Positions 8,858-16,538 of a stretch of 64,000 nucleotides of DNA are shown piece by piece. Origin of the DNA: Bacteroidia bacterium (GTDB taxonomy: Bacteria > Bacteroidota > Bacteroidia > UKL13-3). The position numbers were made by a program, and so were the translations under genes. How positions within the stretch are numbered: position 1 is the stretch's first letter; each line of letters opens with the position of its first letter. The stretch covers positions 3,167 through 67,166 of the forward strand of contig JBILGC010000006.1 of the NCBI GenBank assembly GCA_044351265.1. The letters run 5' to 3'. The notes beneath the pieces are model-generated. The model did not search any database and was not told the DNA's origin. It saw only the letters and a list, made by a program, of their open reading frames with translations.

Positions 8858-8880
8858 CTTTCAACCTTCTAACTTTCCAA
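8858..8880. repeat. Inverted 8-nt array arm upstream of the four-helix-bundle gene
   Basis: CTTTCAACCTTCTAACTTTCCAA; 8858-8876 is identical to 7133-7151. Confidence 0.8.
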
Positions 8881-8886
8881 ATTTAA

Positions 8887-9876
8887 TTATGCTAAAGGCA
8901 CTACATATTTCGATTGAGGGGTGTTGAGCGCTTCGCGTACCCAGCGGCCACGTTCTTCGGCATTTCTGCGCACAGCAAGTCTTTCTGCATTACAAGGGCC
9001 ACCACCATTGATTACACGTTTAAATTCATCCCAATCCGGTTCGGTGTATTCCCACTTACCTGTTTCTTCGTTCTTTTTCAGATTCGCATCAGGCACGGTT
9101 AATCCCAAATCCCATATTTTAGGTACATACATGTTCAAGAATTGCTGACGCATATCGTCATTGGTAGCCATTTTCACTTTCCAGCGCATTAATATTTCAG
9201 TATGGTTACTGATTTTATCGCTTGGTCCGAAGAAGTGCATGATAGGCGGCCACCAGCGGTTAAGCGCTTCTTGCACCATTTTGCGCTGGGTAGGTGTACC
9301 TGTAGCAAGGGTTACTACATTATCGTGTCCGTATTTTAAATGGAAGCTCTCTTCTGTACAAATACGATCGAGCGCACGGCAATAAGGTCCGTAGCTTCCT
9401 TTGGCATTGGCCACCTGATTGATAATGGCGCCTGCATCAATTAACCACGCAATGATGCACGCATCAGCCCAGGTAAATGCCGGATAGTTAAATACATTTG
9501 AATATTTTGATTTGCCTGTAATCAAATCATTGATCATGGCTTCGCGGCTTTTGCCGAGCGTTTCAGCTGCGCTGTATAGTAACTGGGCATGACCAACTTC
9601 ATCCTGTACCTTGGCCATTAATGCCAGCTTGCGCTTAAAGCCCGGAGCACGTGTAATCCATGTTCCTTCGGGTAATGCGCCAATAATTTCAGAGTGACCA
9701 TGCTGTTCAATCATGCGAATGAGCTGCTTGCGGTACTCGCGAGGCATCCAGTCTTTGGGTTCAATTTTTTCGCCACGTGCAATGCGGGCTTCGAATTCGG
9801 CTAGTTTAACGGGATCCTCTCCGTCAATAATTGACTTTGGTTTTTCGTTAGGGTCGATGTAGGCGTTTCCGTACAT
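8887..9876 (-). CDS. paaA: Phenylacetyl-CoA epoxidase catalytic subunit PaaA
   Basis: [40 protein letters not shown] di-iron ligands. Confidence 0.97.
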   Translation of the reverse strand: MYGNAYIDPNEKPKSIIDGEDPVKLAEFEARIARGEKIEPKDWMPREYRKQLIRMIEQHGHSEIIGALPEGTWITRAPGFKRKLALMAKVQDEVGHAQLLYSAAETLGKSREAMINDLITGKSKYSNVFNYPAFTWADACIIAWLIDAGAIINQVANAKGSYGPYCRALDRICTEESFHLKYGHDNVVTLATGTPTQRKMVQEALNRWWPPIMHFFGPSDKISNHTEILMRWKVKMATNDDMRQQFLNMYVPKIWDLGLTVPDANLKKNEETGKWEYTEPDWDEFKRVINGGGPCNAERLAVRRNAEERGRWVREALNTPQSKYVVPLA

Positions 9877-9915
9877 AGTATTTGTTATTACGAGTTTGTT
9901 ATTGCGGTTTTAATA

Positions 9916-10527
9916 TTAAGGTGTGTAATGGGGGTCGGTAATTAATTTTTTGCGTATGCCACAAATGATAATATCGGCTAGTTTTTTGGCTATTTGAGAT
10001 GGGTTCATGCTGCCATCCGCTTTATACCATTGGTGAATCCAGTTTACAGATGAAAGGATGGTAAGTGCAGCAAACTTTTCATCTACATCATCAAACAAAT
10101 CTTCGGTTGCGCCATCTTTTACAATTATCCGGAATTGTTGTTCATAGCTGTCGCGCAGCTTTCTGAATTCACTCAACTTAGGCTCTGGCAGGCTTCTCCA
10201 TTCTGATAAAAAAACAGCTGTGTTATCTAGATTTTCGCAGGTAATTTGGACATGGTATTGAATGGCCATACGCAGGCGTTCTTCCGCATTGAAGTAGATA
10301 TCGTTTACCTCTTTTAACGCTGTAATAAAACGGTCGGCCATGTCAAAACAAATAGCAATAAGAATTTCTTCTTTTGATTTGATATGGTGATAGAGGCTGG
10401 CAGCTTCAATACCCAGATCGGAAGCAATATGACGCATGCTGGTTGCCTCATAGCCCTTGTTTTTAAACAACCGGGCAGCCACCTGCATGATTTGTTCTTT
10501 TCTATTGATAGTCAACGTTTCTGCCAT
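9916..10527 (-). CDS. TetR family regulator (PaaR-like), first gene of paa operon
   Basis: TetR HTH (KGYEATSMRHIASDLGIEAASLYHHIKSKEEIL), directly upstream of paaA. Confidence 0.9.
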   Translation of the reverse strand: MAETLTINRKEQIMQVAARLFKNKGYEATSMRHIASDLGIEAASLYHHIKSKEEILIAICFDMADRFITALKEVNDIYFNAEERLRMAIQYHVQITCENLDNTAVFLSEWRSLPEPKLSEFRKLRDSYEQQFRIIVKDGATEDLFDDVDEKFAALTILSSVNWIHQWYKADGSMNPSQIAKKLADIIICGIRKKLITDPHYTP

Positions 10528-10531
10528 TTTA

Positions 10532-10555
10532 CCTAACGTTTGTTAGGCAAATATA
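10532..10555 (-). promoter_or_regulatory. paa operon promoter (-7 TATATTTG at 10555-10548) and adjacent palindromic operator CCTAAC-N4-GTTAGG
   Basis: Inverted repeat at 10532-10547 lies between the -7 box and the TetR start codon. Confidence 0.75.
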
Positions 10556-10620
10556 AATAAACTTTTCAATTTGCCAAGTGCCAGGTGGTTTTCAGGCAAT
10601 CGGCTAAATGGTTGAAAGCT

Positions 10621-11331
10621 TTATCTAATTAAAAAAAGGCAAGGTTTTTTGTGCAGATCAGGAAGAGGAATAAGTTTCCAATCCACTATTTTTTTTGTTT
10701 CTATGAGTTGGTTGTGAGAGGTAAGACTACAGGCTATGGTTAGCAAGGTATCATTTTTTAATTGGTCTATGATGTCTTTAAGAAGTTGATTGTTTCTGTA
10801 TGGGGCCTCCATAAAAATTTGGGTATAACCTTTTTTATGTGCCTGTTCTTCTATTTCCTTCATCATTTTAACCCTAGCTGCTTTTTCAATAGGCAGGTAT
10901 CCATGAAATACGAATTGCTGACCACCCAACCCGCTGGCCATAAGCGCCAGCATTATGCTTGAAGAGCCTGGAAGCGGCACCACTTTTATGCCGTTTTTAT
11001 GACATGCCATAACAACCCCATGACCGGGGTCGGCAATGCATGGGGTGCCTGCATCAGACATTAGTCCCACATCAAACCCTTGCATAATAGGCGCAATGAG
11101 TTGTGGCAAATCTTTTTGCAAAGTGTGTTCGTTGCAAAGTTGTATCTGAATGTTTGCCTGGTGTGTGTTTATGTTTAGCCTCTTAATAAGCGCTCGGCCC
11201 GACTTCTCGCTCTCCATAATAAAATGTGAAATATGGCGCACTTGCTGCCGTGTTGTTTCCGGGATAAAATCGTTCCCGGCTTCATCATCTAATACATGCG
11301 GAATGAGAAAAAGTGTGCCTGTTTTTATCAT
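10621..11331 (-). CDS. RsmI-like tetrapyrrole-methylase-fold SAM methyltransferase
   Basis: SDAGTPCIADPG, PLPGSSS, GQQFVFHGYLP, QIFMEAPYRN. Confidence 0.88.
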   Translation of the reverse strand: MIKTGTLFLIPHVLDDEAGNDFIPETTRQQVRHISHFIMESEKSGRALIKRLNINTHQANIQIQLCNEHTLQKDLPQLIAPIMQGFDVGLMSDAGTPCIADPGHGVVMACHKNGIKVVPLPGSSSIMLALMASGLGGQQFVFHGYLPIEKAARVKMMKEIEEQAHKKGYTQIFMEAPYRNNQLLKDIIDQLKNDTLLTIACSLTSHNQLIETKKIVDWKLIPLPDLHKKPCLFLIR

Positions 11332-11491
11332 GCATCAAAATTATATATCTGTGGTTTGTTAAGGTCTGTTTTCAGGGCTTTGGATAAATAAAATTGTTAA
11401 GTGCCTGAAATAAAGAGCATTGCTTTTGGGGTGGAATTTGACTTATATGGCGCATGCGCGTATTTTTGTCGACTTTTCAAAAACTATACTC

Positions 11492-13609
11492 ATGTCGATA
11501 TTAGAGAGAATCAGAACAAAATCAGGACTTGCTATTGCGGTAGTAGGGGGTGCATTGGCACTATTTGTAATTTCAGATGCGTTGCAAAGCAACTCAAGTC
11601 TGTTTGGTAGCAATAACAATACAGATGTAGGTGAGGTTGACGGAGACCCGATTTCCTACAAACAGTTTGAGGCCAAAGTTGAGCAGAATGCCGGCTTTTA
11701 TAAGCAGCGCTCTCAGCAAGAAGCGCTTGATCAAGCAACCATGGATATGTTGCGCGAGCAAACCTGGAACCAGGTTATACAGGAAAATATTTATGCAAAG
11801 GAATTTGAGCAACTTGGTATTAAAGTAACCAACGATGAGTTGTTTGAAATGATACAAGGCGAAAATCCGCACGAGCAAATAAGAACGGCACCTATTTTTC
11901 AGAATCCGCAAACAGGTCAGTTTGATCGTTCGCTCGTAATTCGTTTTCTAAAAAATATCACTGAGTCTACAGATGAGGCAGCCAAAGCACAATGGGTAGC
12001 TTTTGAAGATGGACTTGTAAAAGAAGCAGAAGCAAAGAAGTATGCTGTTCTATTTAGGAAAGGTATTTACGCAACATCGCTCGAAGCAAAGTTTGCTTAT
12101 CAAAATAGAATGAAATCTGCCGATGCAGAGATTGTTGCATTAAATTATTTTTCGGTACCAGATACTACAATTGTTGCAGACGATGCGGAGTTAAAATCAT
12201 ATTTCAAAAAGAACTATGATAAGTACAAGGAAAAAGAAAATATGCGCAAGCTGGATTTTGTTTTGTTTGATGTAGTTCCAACAACACAGGATAGTACCGA
12301 TATTAAAAAGTGGGTAGAAGAAAAAACGGTTGAGTTTGCCAATACCACCAATGATACATTGTTTGTTGACGCCAATAGCGAAACACCTTTTGATACGCTG
12401 GCCCATCCTTTTTCCTTCTATCCTGAAGAAGTGCAGGGACGTTTGTTCCGCGATTCGGTTGGAAGTATTATAGGCCCTGTGTTTAAAGATGGAAAATATA
12501 AAGTGTATAAAGTTGCAGGGGTAAAAAGAGACAGCACCTTCCAGATGCGTGCTAGCCACATTTTATTCAAAACAGAAGGGCCTACAAAAGAAGATAGCTT
12601 GAAAACCTTGAAGAAGGCTCAGGATGTTATGGCTGAAATAAGACGTGGTGCAGATTTTGGTGAAAAAGCAGCCATGTATGGAACTGACGGAACTTCCTCT
12701 CGCGGTGGCGATTTAGGATGGTTTGCCGAAGGTCAAATGGTTAAAGAATTTAATGATTATGTGAAGCGCGGTAAAAAAGGCGATATGGGCATTGTAAAAA
12801 CACAATTCGGGATTCATATTGTAAAAATAACTGAAGATAAAACGAATAAAACTGTTTGTGCGGGCCTATTGGAGCGTGCGGTAAAGCCGAGCCAGAATAC
12901 TCAAAATAGCGCCTACAACGATGCAAGCCAGTTTGCTGCCTCAGCTCAAAACCCTGAAGCATTTGAGAAATTTATAACTGAGAAAGGCTTGGCTAAACGC
13001 AATGCAGAGGTAAAAGAAAACGATAAAACTCTGGCAGGCTTACCGGAAGCCAGAGAAGTTATTAGATGGGCATTTAGTGCCAAGAAAGGAAACGTATCAG
13101 ATGTTTACGCTATCAGCGATAAATTTGTTGTGGCAGTGCTTACCGGAATTAAAGAAAAGAATAATGCAAATTTTGATGATGTGAAAGAGCGTGTCCTGGC
13201 TGATTACAGAAAAGAAAAGAAAGCAGAGCAACTCATAGAAAAAGCAAAAACGGCTATGGCCGGTACCACTAATCTAAATGATATTGCTACCAAATTGCAA
13301 GTAGCTGTTACTCCTCTTGCCGGTCAAACATTTGAGAATGCAAACATTGCTTACATTGGTCCGGATAATTCTTTTGTTGGAACCTTAATGGGAACAAAGA
13401 CCACAGGAAAAATTGCAGGCCCTGTTAAGGGAGATAATGCAGTTTATGTTTACACTGTTTCAAAATTTAATGAAGCACCTGCAACAACCGACTATACACA
13501 GTATAAGTCAGAGGCTCAGCAGGCCCTGTCATCCAGAGTAGAGTACGCTTCTTTTGAAACACTGAAAGACCTGATGAAGGTTAAGGATAATCGTTTCATG
13601 TTTTATTAA
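11492..13609 (+). CDS. PpiD-like membrane-anchored periplasmic chaperone / parvulin PPIase
   Basis: N-terminal TM, SurA-like domain, RASHILF...GGDLGWF...TQFGIHIVK. ATG 11492 lies downstream of -7 box TATTTTTG at 11461. Confidence 0.9.
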   Translation: MSILERIRTKSGLAIAVVGGALALFVISDALQSNSSLFGSNNNTDVGEVDGDPISYKQFEAKVEQNAGFYKQRSQQEALDQATMDMLREQTWNQVIQENIYAKEFEQLGIKVTNDELFEMIQGENPHEQIRTAPIFQNPQTGQFDRSLVIRFLKNITESTDEAAKAQWVAFEDGLVKEAEAKKYAVLFRKGIYATSLEAKFAYQNRMKSADAEIVALNYFSVPDTTIVADDAELKSYFKKNYDKYKEKENMRKLDFVLFDVVPTTQDSTDIKKWVEEKTVEFANTTNDTLFVDANSETPFDTLAHPFSFYPEEVQGRLFRDSVGSIIGPVFKDGKYKVYKVAGVKRDSTFQMRASHILFKTEGPTKEDSLKTLKKAQDVMAEIRRGADFGEKAAMYGTDGTSSRGGDLGWFAEGQMVKEFNDYVKRGKKGDMGIVKTQFGIHIVKITEDKTNKTVCAGLLERAVKPSQNTQNSAYNDASQFAASAQNPEAFEKFITEKGLAKRNAEVKENDKTLAGLPEAREVIRWAFSAKKGNVSDVYAISDKFVVAVLTGIKEKNNANFDDVKERVLADYRKEKKAEQLIEKAKTAMAGTTNLNDIATKLQVAVTPLAGQTFENANIAYIGPDNSFVGTLMGTKTTGKIAGPVKGDNAVYVYTVSKFNEAPATTDYTQYKSEAQQALSSRVEYASFETLKDLMKVKDNRFMFY

Positions 13610-13610
13610 T

Positions 13611-14384
13611 ATGTTGGCCTATCAGGTTTTTGGTACAGGCCCGCAAACCATTGTATTACTTCACGGATTTTGTGAAAACAGCACCTGCTTTAACGAGCAG
13701 GTGTTTTTATTAAAAGACCGCTTTAAGGTGGTGTGTATTGATTTGCCGGGCTTTGGTTTTTCTGCCAATGCAGAAGCAAATACTATGGAAGAAATGGCTG
13801 ATGCTGTTTATGAGCTCATAACCGAGCTACAACTAACCAAACCTGTTTTATTTGGACACTCTATGGGAGGTTACGCTGCGCTGGCGCTTGCCAAAAAACA
13901 TGAGAGCGCATTATGCGGCTTAGGGCTTATTCACTCTACTGCTTTGCCGGATAGCGAAGAGAGAAAGCAAAAGCGTAACAAGTCTATTGTGTTTATAAAA
14001 ACAAATGGCACCAAAGCCTATGTAACACCATTTATTCCTCCACTCTTTCATCCGCAATATGCAAATCAAAAAAGAGTAGATGTGTTAACTCAAGAAGCTG
14101 CACAAATTTTACCTGAAGCGCTGATAAGGGCTTTGGAGGCTATGCGCAGCAGGCCGGATTCAACACAATGGCTCAGGCAAACTGATTTGCCCGTTTGCTT
14201 TATTGCCGGAGCACATGATGCAATCATTCCTTTTGCAGATATGGCTTCTCAGGCGGCATTGTGCAAGCAAGCTTCTTTTTATTTTTTGCAAAACAGCGCA
14301 CACATGGGTATGATTGAAGAGGCAGAACAATGTAGCCAAAGCATAGCAGATTTTTGTGCCGGCATAGCACCCGATAAGCAATAA
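13611..14384 (+). CDS. Alpha/beta fold hydrolase
   Basis: LLHGF, DLPGFG, GHSMGG nucleophile, GAHD, AH. Confidence 0.93.
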   Translation: MLAYQVFGTGPQTIVLLHGFCENSTCFNEQVFLLKDRFKVVCIDLPGFGFSANAEANTMEEMADAVYELITELQLTKPVLFGHSMGGYAALALAKKHESALCGLGLIHSTALPDSEERKQKRNKSIVFIKTNGTKAYVTPFIPPLFHPQYANQKRVDVLTQEAAQILPEALIRALEAMRSRPDSTQWLRQTDLPVCFIAGAHDAIIPFADMASQAALCKQASFYFLQNSAHMGMIEEAEQCSQSIADFCAGIAPDKQ

Positions 14385-14415
14385 AAAAGGCTGCCCTGAA
14401 TTGGAACAGCCTTTT
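14383..14415. terminator. Bidirectional intrinsic terminator
   Basis: AAAAAAGGCTG...CAGCCTTTT between convergent genes. Confidence 0.75.
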
Positions 14416-14433
14416 CAATGTGAGAGGCAAGAA

Positions 14434-15687
14434 TTATTTTAGCTTAAATGCTTTCTTTACTTTGTCTACGTAATCCAATTTTTCCCAGGTAAATAGTTCA
14501 ACTTTTTTGCTCATCTTTTTTCCATCAGGGCTGGTAAAAGTTTTGGTTACTACTTCATTTTTGCGGCCCATGTGTCCGTATGCAGCGGTTTCACTGTAAA
14601 TAGGGTTGCGCAGTTTTAGGCGTGTTTCAATACCATAAGGAGTCATGTCAAATATTTTCTCTACCAGCTTGGCTATTTCTCCATCACTCATTTTAACATT
14701 AGCTGTACCATTGGTATTGATATAAATACCCATTGGATCTTTAACGCCAATGGCATAGGATACTTGCACAAGCACTTCCGAGCATACACCGGCAGCTACC
14801 AGATTTTTAGCGATATGACGTGTAGCATAAGCAGCACTGCGGTCAACTTTGGAAGGGTCTTTTCCGGAGAAAGCACCACCTCCATGCGCACCTTTACCAC
14901 CATAAGTATCAACAATAATTTTACGACCGGTAAGTCCGGTATCTCCGTGAGGTCCGCCAATTACAAATTTGCCTGTGGGGTTAATATGGTATTTAATATT
15001 GTTATTGAACAGCTTTGCAAATTTTTTGTATTTAGCCTTTACGCGTGGAATCAAAATATTGATGATATCGGCTTTAATTTTCGCTTGCATCTGAGCTTCG
15101 GTAGCAAAATCATCATGCTGGGTAGAAACAACAATAGAGTCAATGCGCACCGGTTGGTTTTTGTCATTATACTCAAGTGTAACCTGTGATTTGGCATCGG
15201 GGCGCAGGTATTTAATTTGTTTGTTTTCTCTGCGCAGGGCTGCAAGTTCTATCAGTATTTTGTGTGCCAAATCGAGTGCAAGCGGCATATAATCATCAGT
15301 TTCTGCAGTGGCATAGCCAAACATCATTCCCTGATCACCGGCACCTTGGTCTTGTTTTTTCTTACGATCAACACCTTGATTTATATCTGCACTTTGCTCG
15401 TGGATAGCAGAAAGCACGCCACAGGAGTTTGCCTCAAACATATACTCACTTTTGGTATAGCCAATTTTCTTGATTACCTCGCGTGCAATGCTTTGCACAT
15501 CAAGATATGCTTTGGATTTAACTTCGCCTGCCAATACCACCTGGCCGGTTGTTACCAGCGTTTCGCAAGCAACTTTTGAATCGGGATCGAAAGCAAGAAA
15601 ATGATCAATAAGGGCATCCGAAATCTGATCGGCAACTTTGTCGGGGTGCCCTTCACTTACCGACTCTGATGTAAATAAATACGACAT
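14434..15687 (-). CDS. metK: S-adenosylmethionine synthetase
   Basis: [35 protein letters not shown]. Confidence 0.98.
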   Translation of the reverse strand: MSYLFTSESVSEGHPDKVADQISDALIDHFLAFDPDSKVACETLVTTGQVVLAGEVKSKAYLDVQSIAREVIKKIGYTKSEYMFEANSCGVLSAIHEQSADINQGVDRKKKQDQGAGDQGMMFGYATAETDDYMPLALDLAHKILIELAALRRENKQIKYLRPDAKSQVTLEYNDKNQPVRIDSIVVSTQHDDFATEAQMQAKIKADIINILIPRVKAKYKKFAKLFNNNIKYHINPTGKFVIGGPHGDTGLTGRKIIVDTYGGKGAHGGGAFSGKDPSKVDRSAAYATRHIAKNLVAAGVCSEVLVQVSYAIGVKDPMGIYINTNGTANVKMSDGEIAKLVEKIFDMTPYGIETRLKLRNPIYSETAAYGHMGRKNEVVTKTFTSPDGKKMSKKVELFTWEKLDYVDKVKKAFKLK

Positions 15688-15822
15688 GTTATTTTAGCGT
15701 GTTTTAAAATTTAAATAGGATAAAAGCACGGCAAAAATACATATTTCAATGAAGTATCAAAGAGTTTGAAAATTAATGCATCACAGCAATGAAAACCCGC
15801 TTCACGTATGTAACTTTGAACC

Positions 15823-16389
15823 ATGCAGGATATTGAGCCACATTTCAGGTGGAGGGATTTTTACCGCTCTGAAGACGACCGCTTTTCGCCCTTTTACCAA
15901 AAGGAATACAGTGAGTTTGAATATACCAATCAGGTATATAATTATTTACTGCATCCGCAATGGGATTTCTTTGGTTCGCCTACCTTATACATTAAAATCA
16001 TTTATGCCGATTATCAGCAAGGGTATGCCATTATTGAAATGATTGGCGAGTGGAATGATGCCATTACTAATGATATCATGTATCTAAAACGCGATGTGCT
16101 GGAAGTGCTTATGGAAAACGGAATAGATAAGTTTATTTTAATAGGCGAAAACGTATTGAATTTTCATGCAAGTGATGACAGCTATTATGAAGAGTGGTTT
16201 CAGGATATTGAAGAAGGGTGGATTGTTGCACTTAATTTTCAAGAGCATGTGCGTACTGAATTTACACAGGCCAATATTGATTACTTTATGATATTTGGCG
16301 GAGAGTTGGATCAAATGATATGGAGAAAGCTAAATCCACTTCAATTATATGCACAAGTGCAGCATACCATGCAACGCAGATTGGGGTAA
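15823..16389 (+). CDS. Conserved Bacteroidota hypothetical protein
   Basis: 188-aa aromatic/acidic ORF (IEPHFRWR..Y, HPQWD.FGS.TLY, IGEWND) with its own -7 box TAACTTTG at 15811. Confidence 0.8.
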   Translation: MQDIEPHFRWRDFYRSEDDRFSPFYQKEYSEFEYTNQVYNYLLHPQWDFFGSPTLYIKIIYADYQQGYAIIEMIGEWNDAITNDIMYLKRDVLEVLMENGIDKFILIGENVLNFHASDDSYYEEWFQDIEEGWIVALNFQEHVRTEFTQANIDYFMIFGGELDQMIWRKLNPLQLYAQVQHTMQRRLG

Positions 16390-16538
16390 GATATAACGAT
16401 TATCGAATGCACAGATCAAATTCTTTCACTCACAATCAGCAACAAATACTTTTTCGTAAACAATAATTGCTGCTTTGAGTTGATTCGGTAATGTCCTATC
16501 ATTGTTTTAAAGCTTCCTAAAAGGTACTAAAGGTTAAT

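Noticed and set aside
15688-15740. SAM riboswitch in the metK leader
   Set aside because: The leader is only about 40 nt. It has one AT-rich hairpin (CGTG...CACG) and a GCTAAAA, but I cannot fit the SAM-I or SAM-II core; an Infernal/Rfam scan would be needed.
16390-16538. SOS/LexA box upstream of uvrA
   Set aside because: No recognisable palindrome seen.
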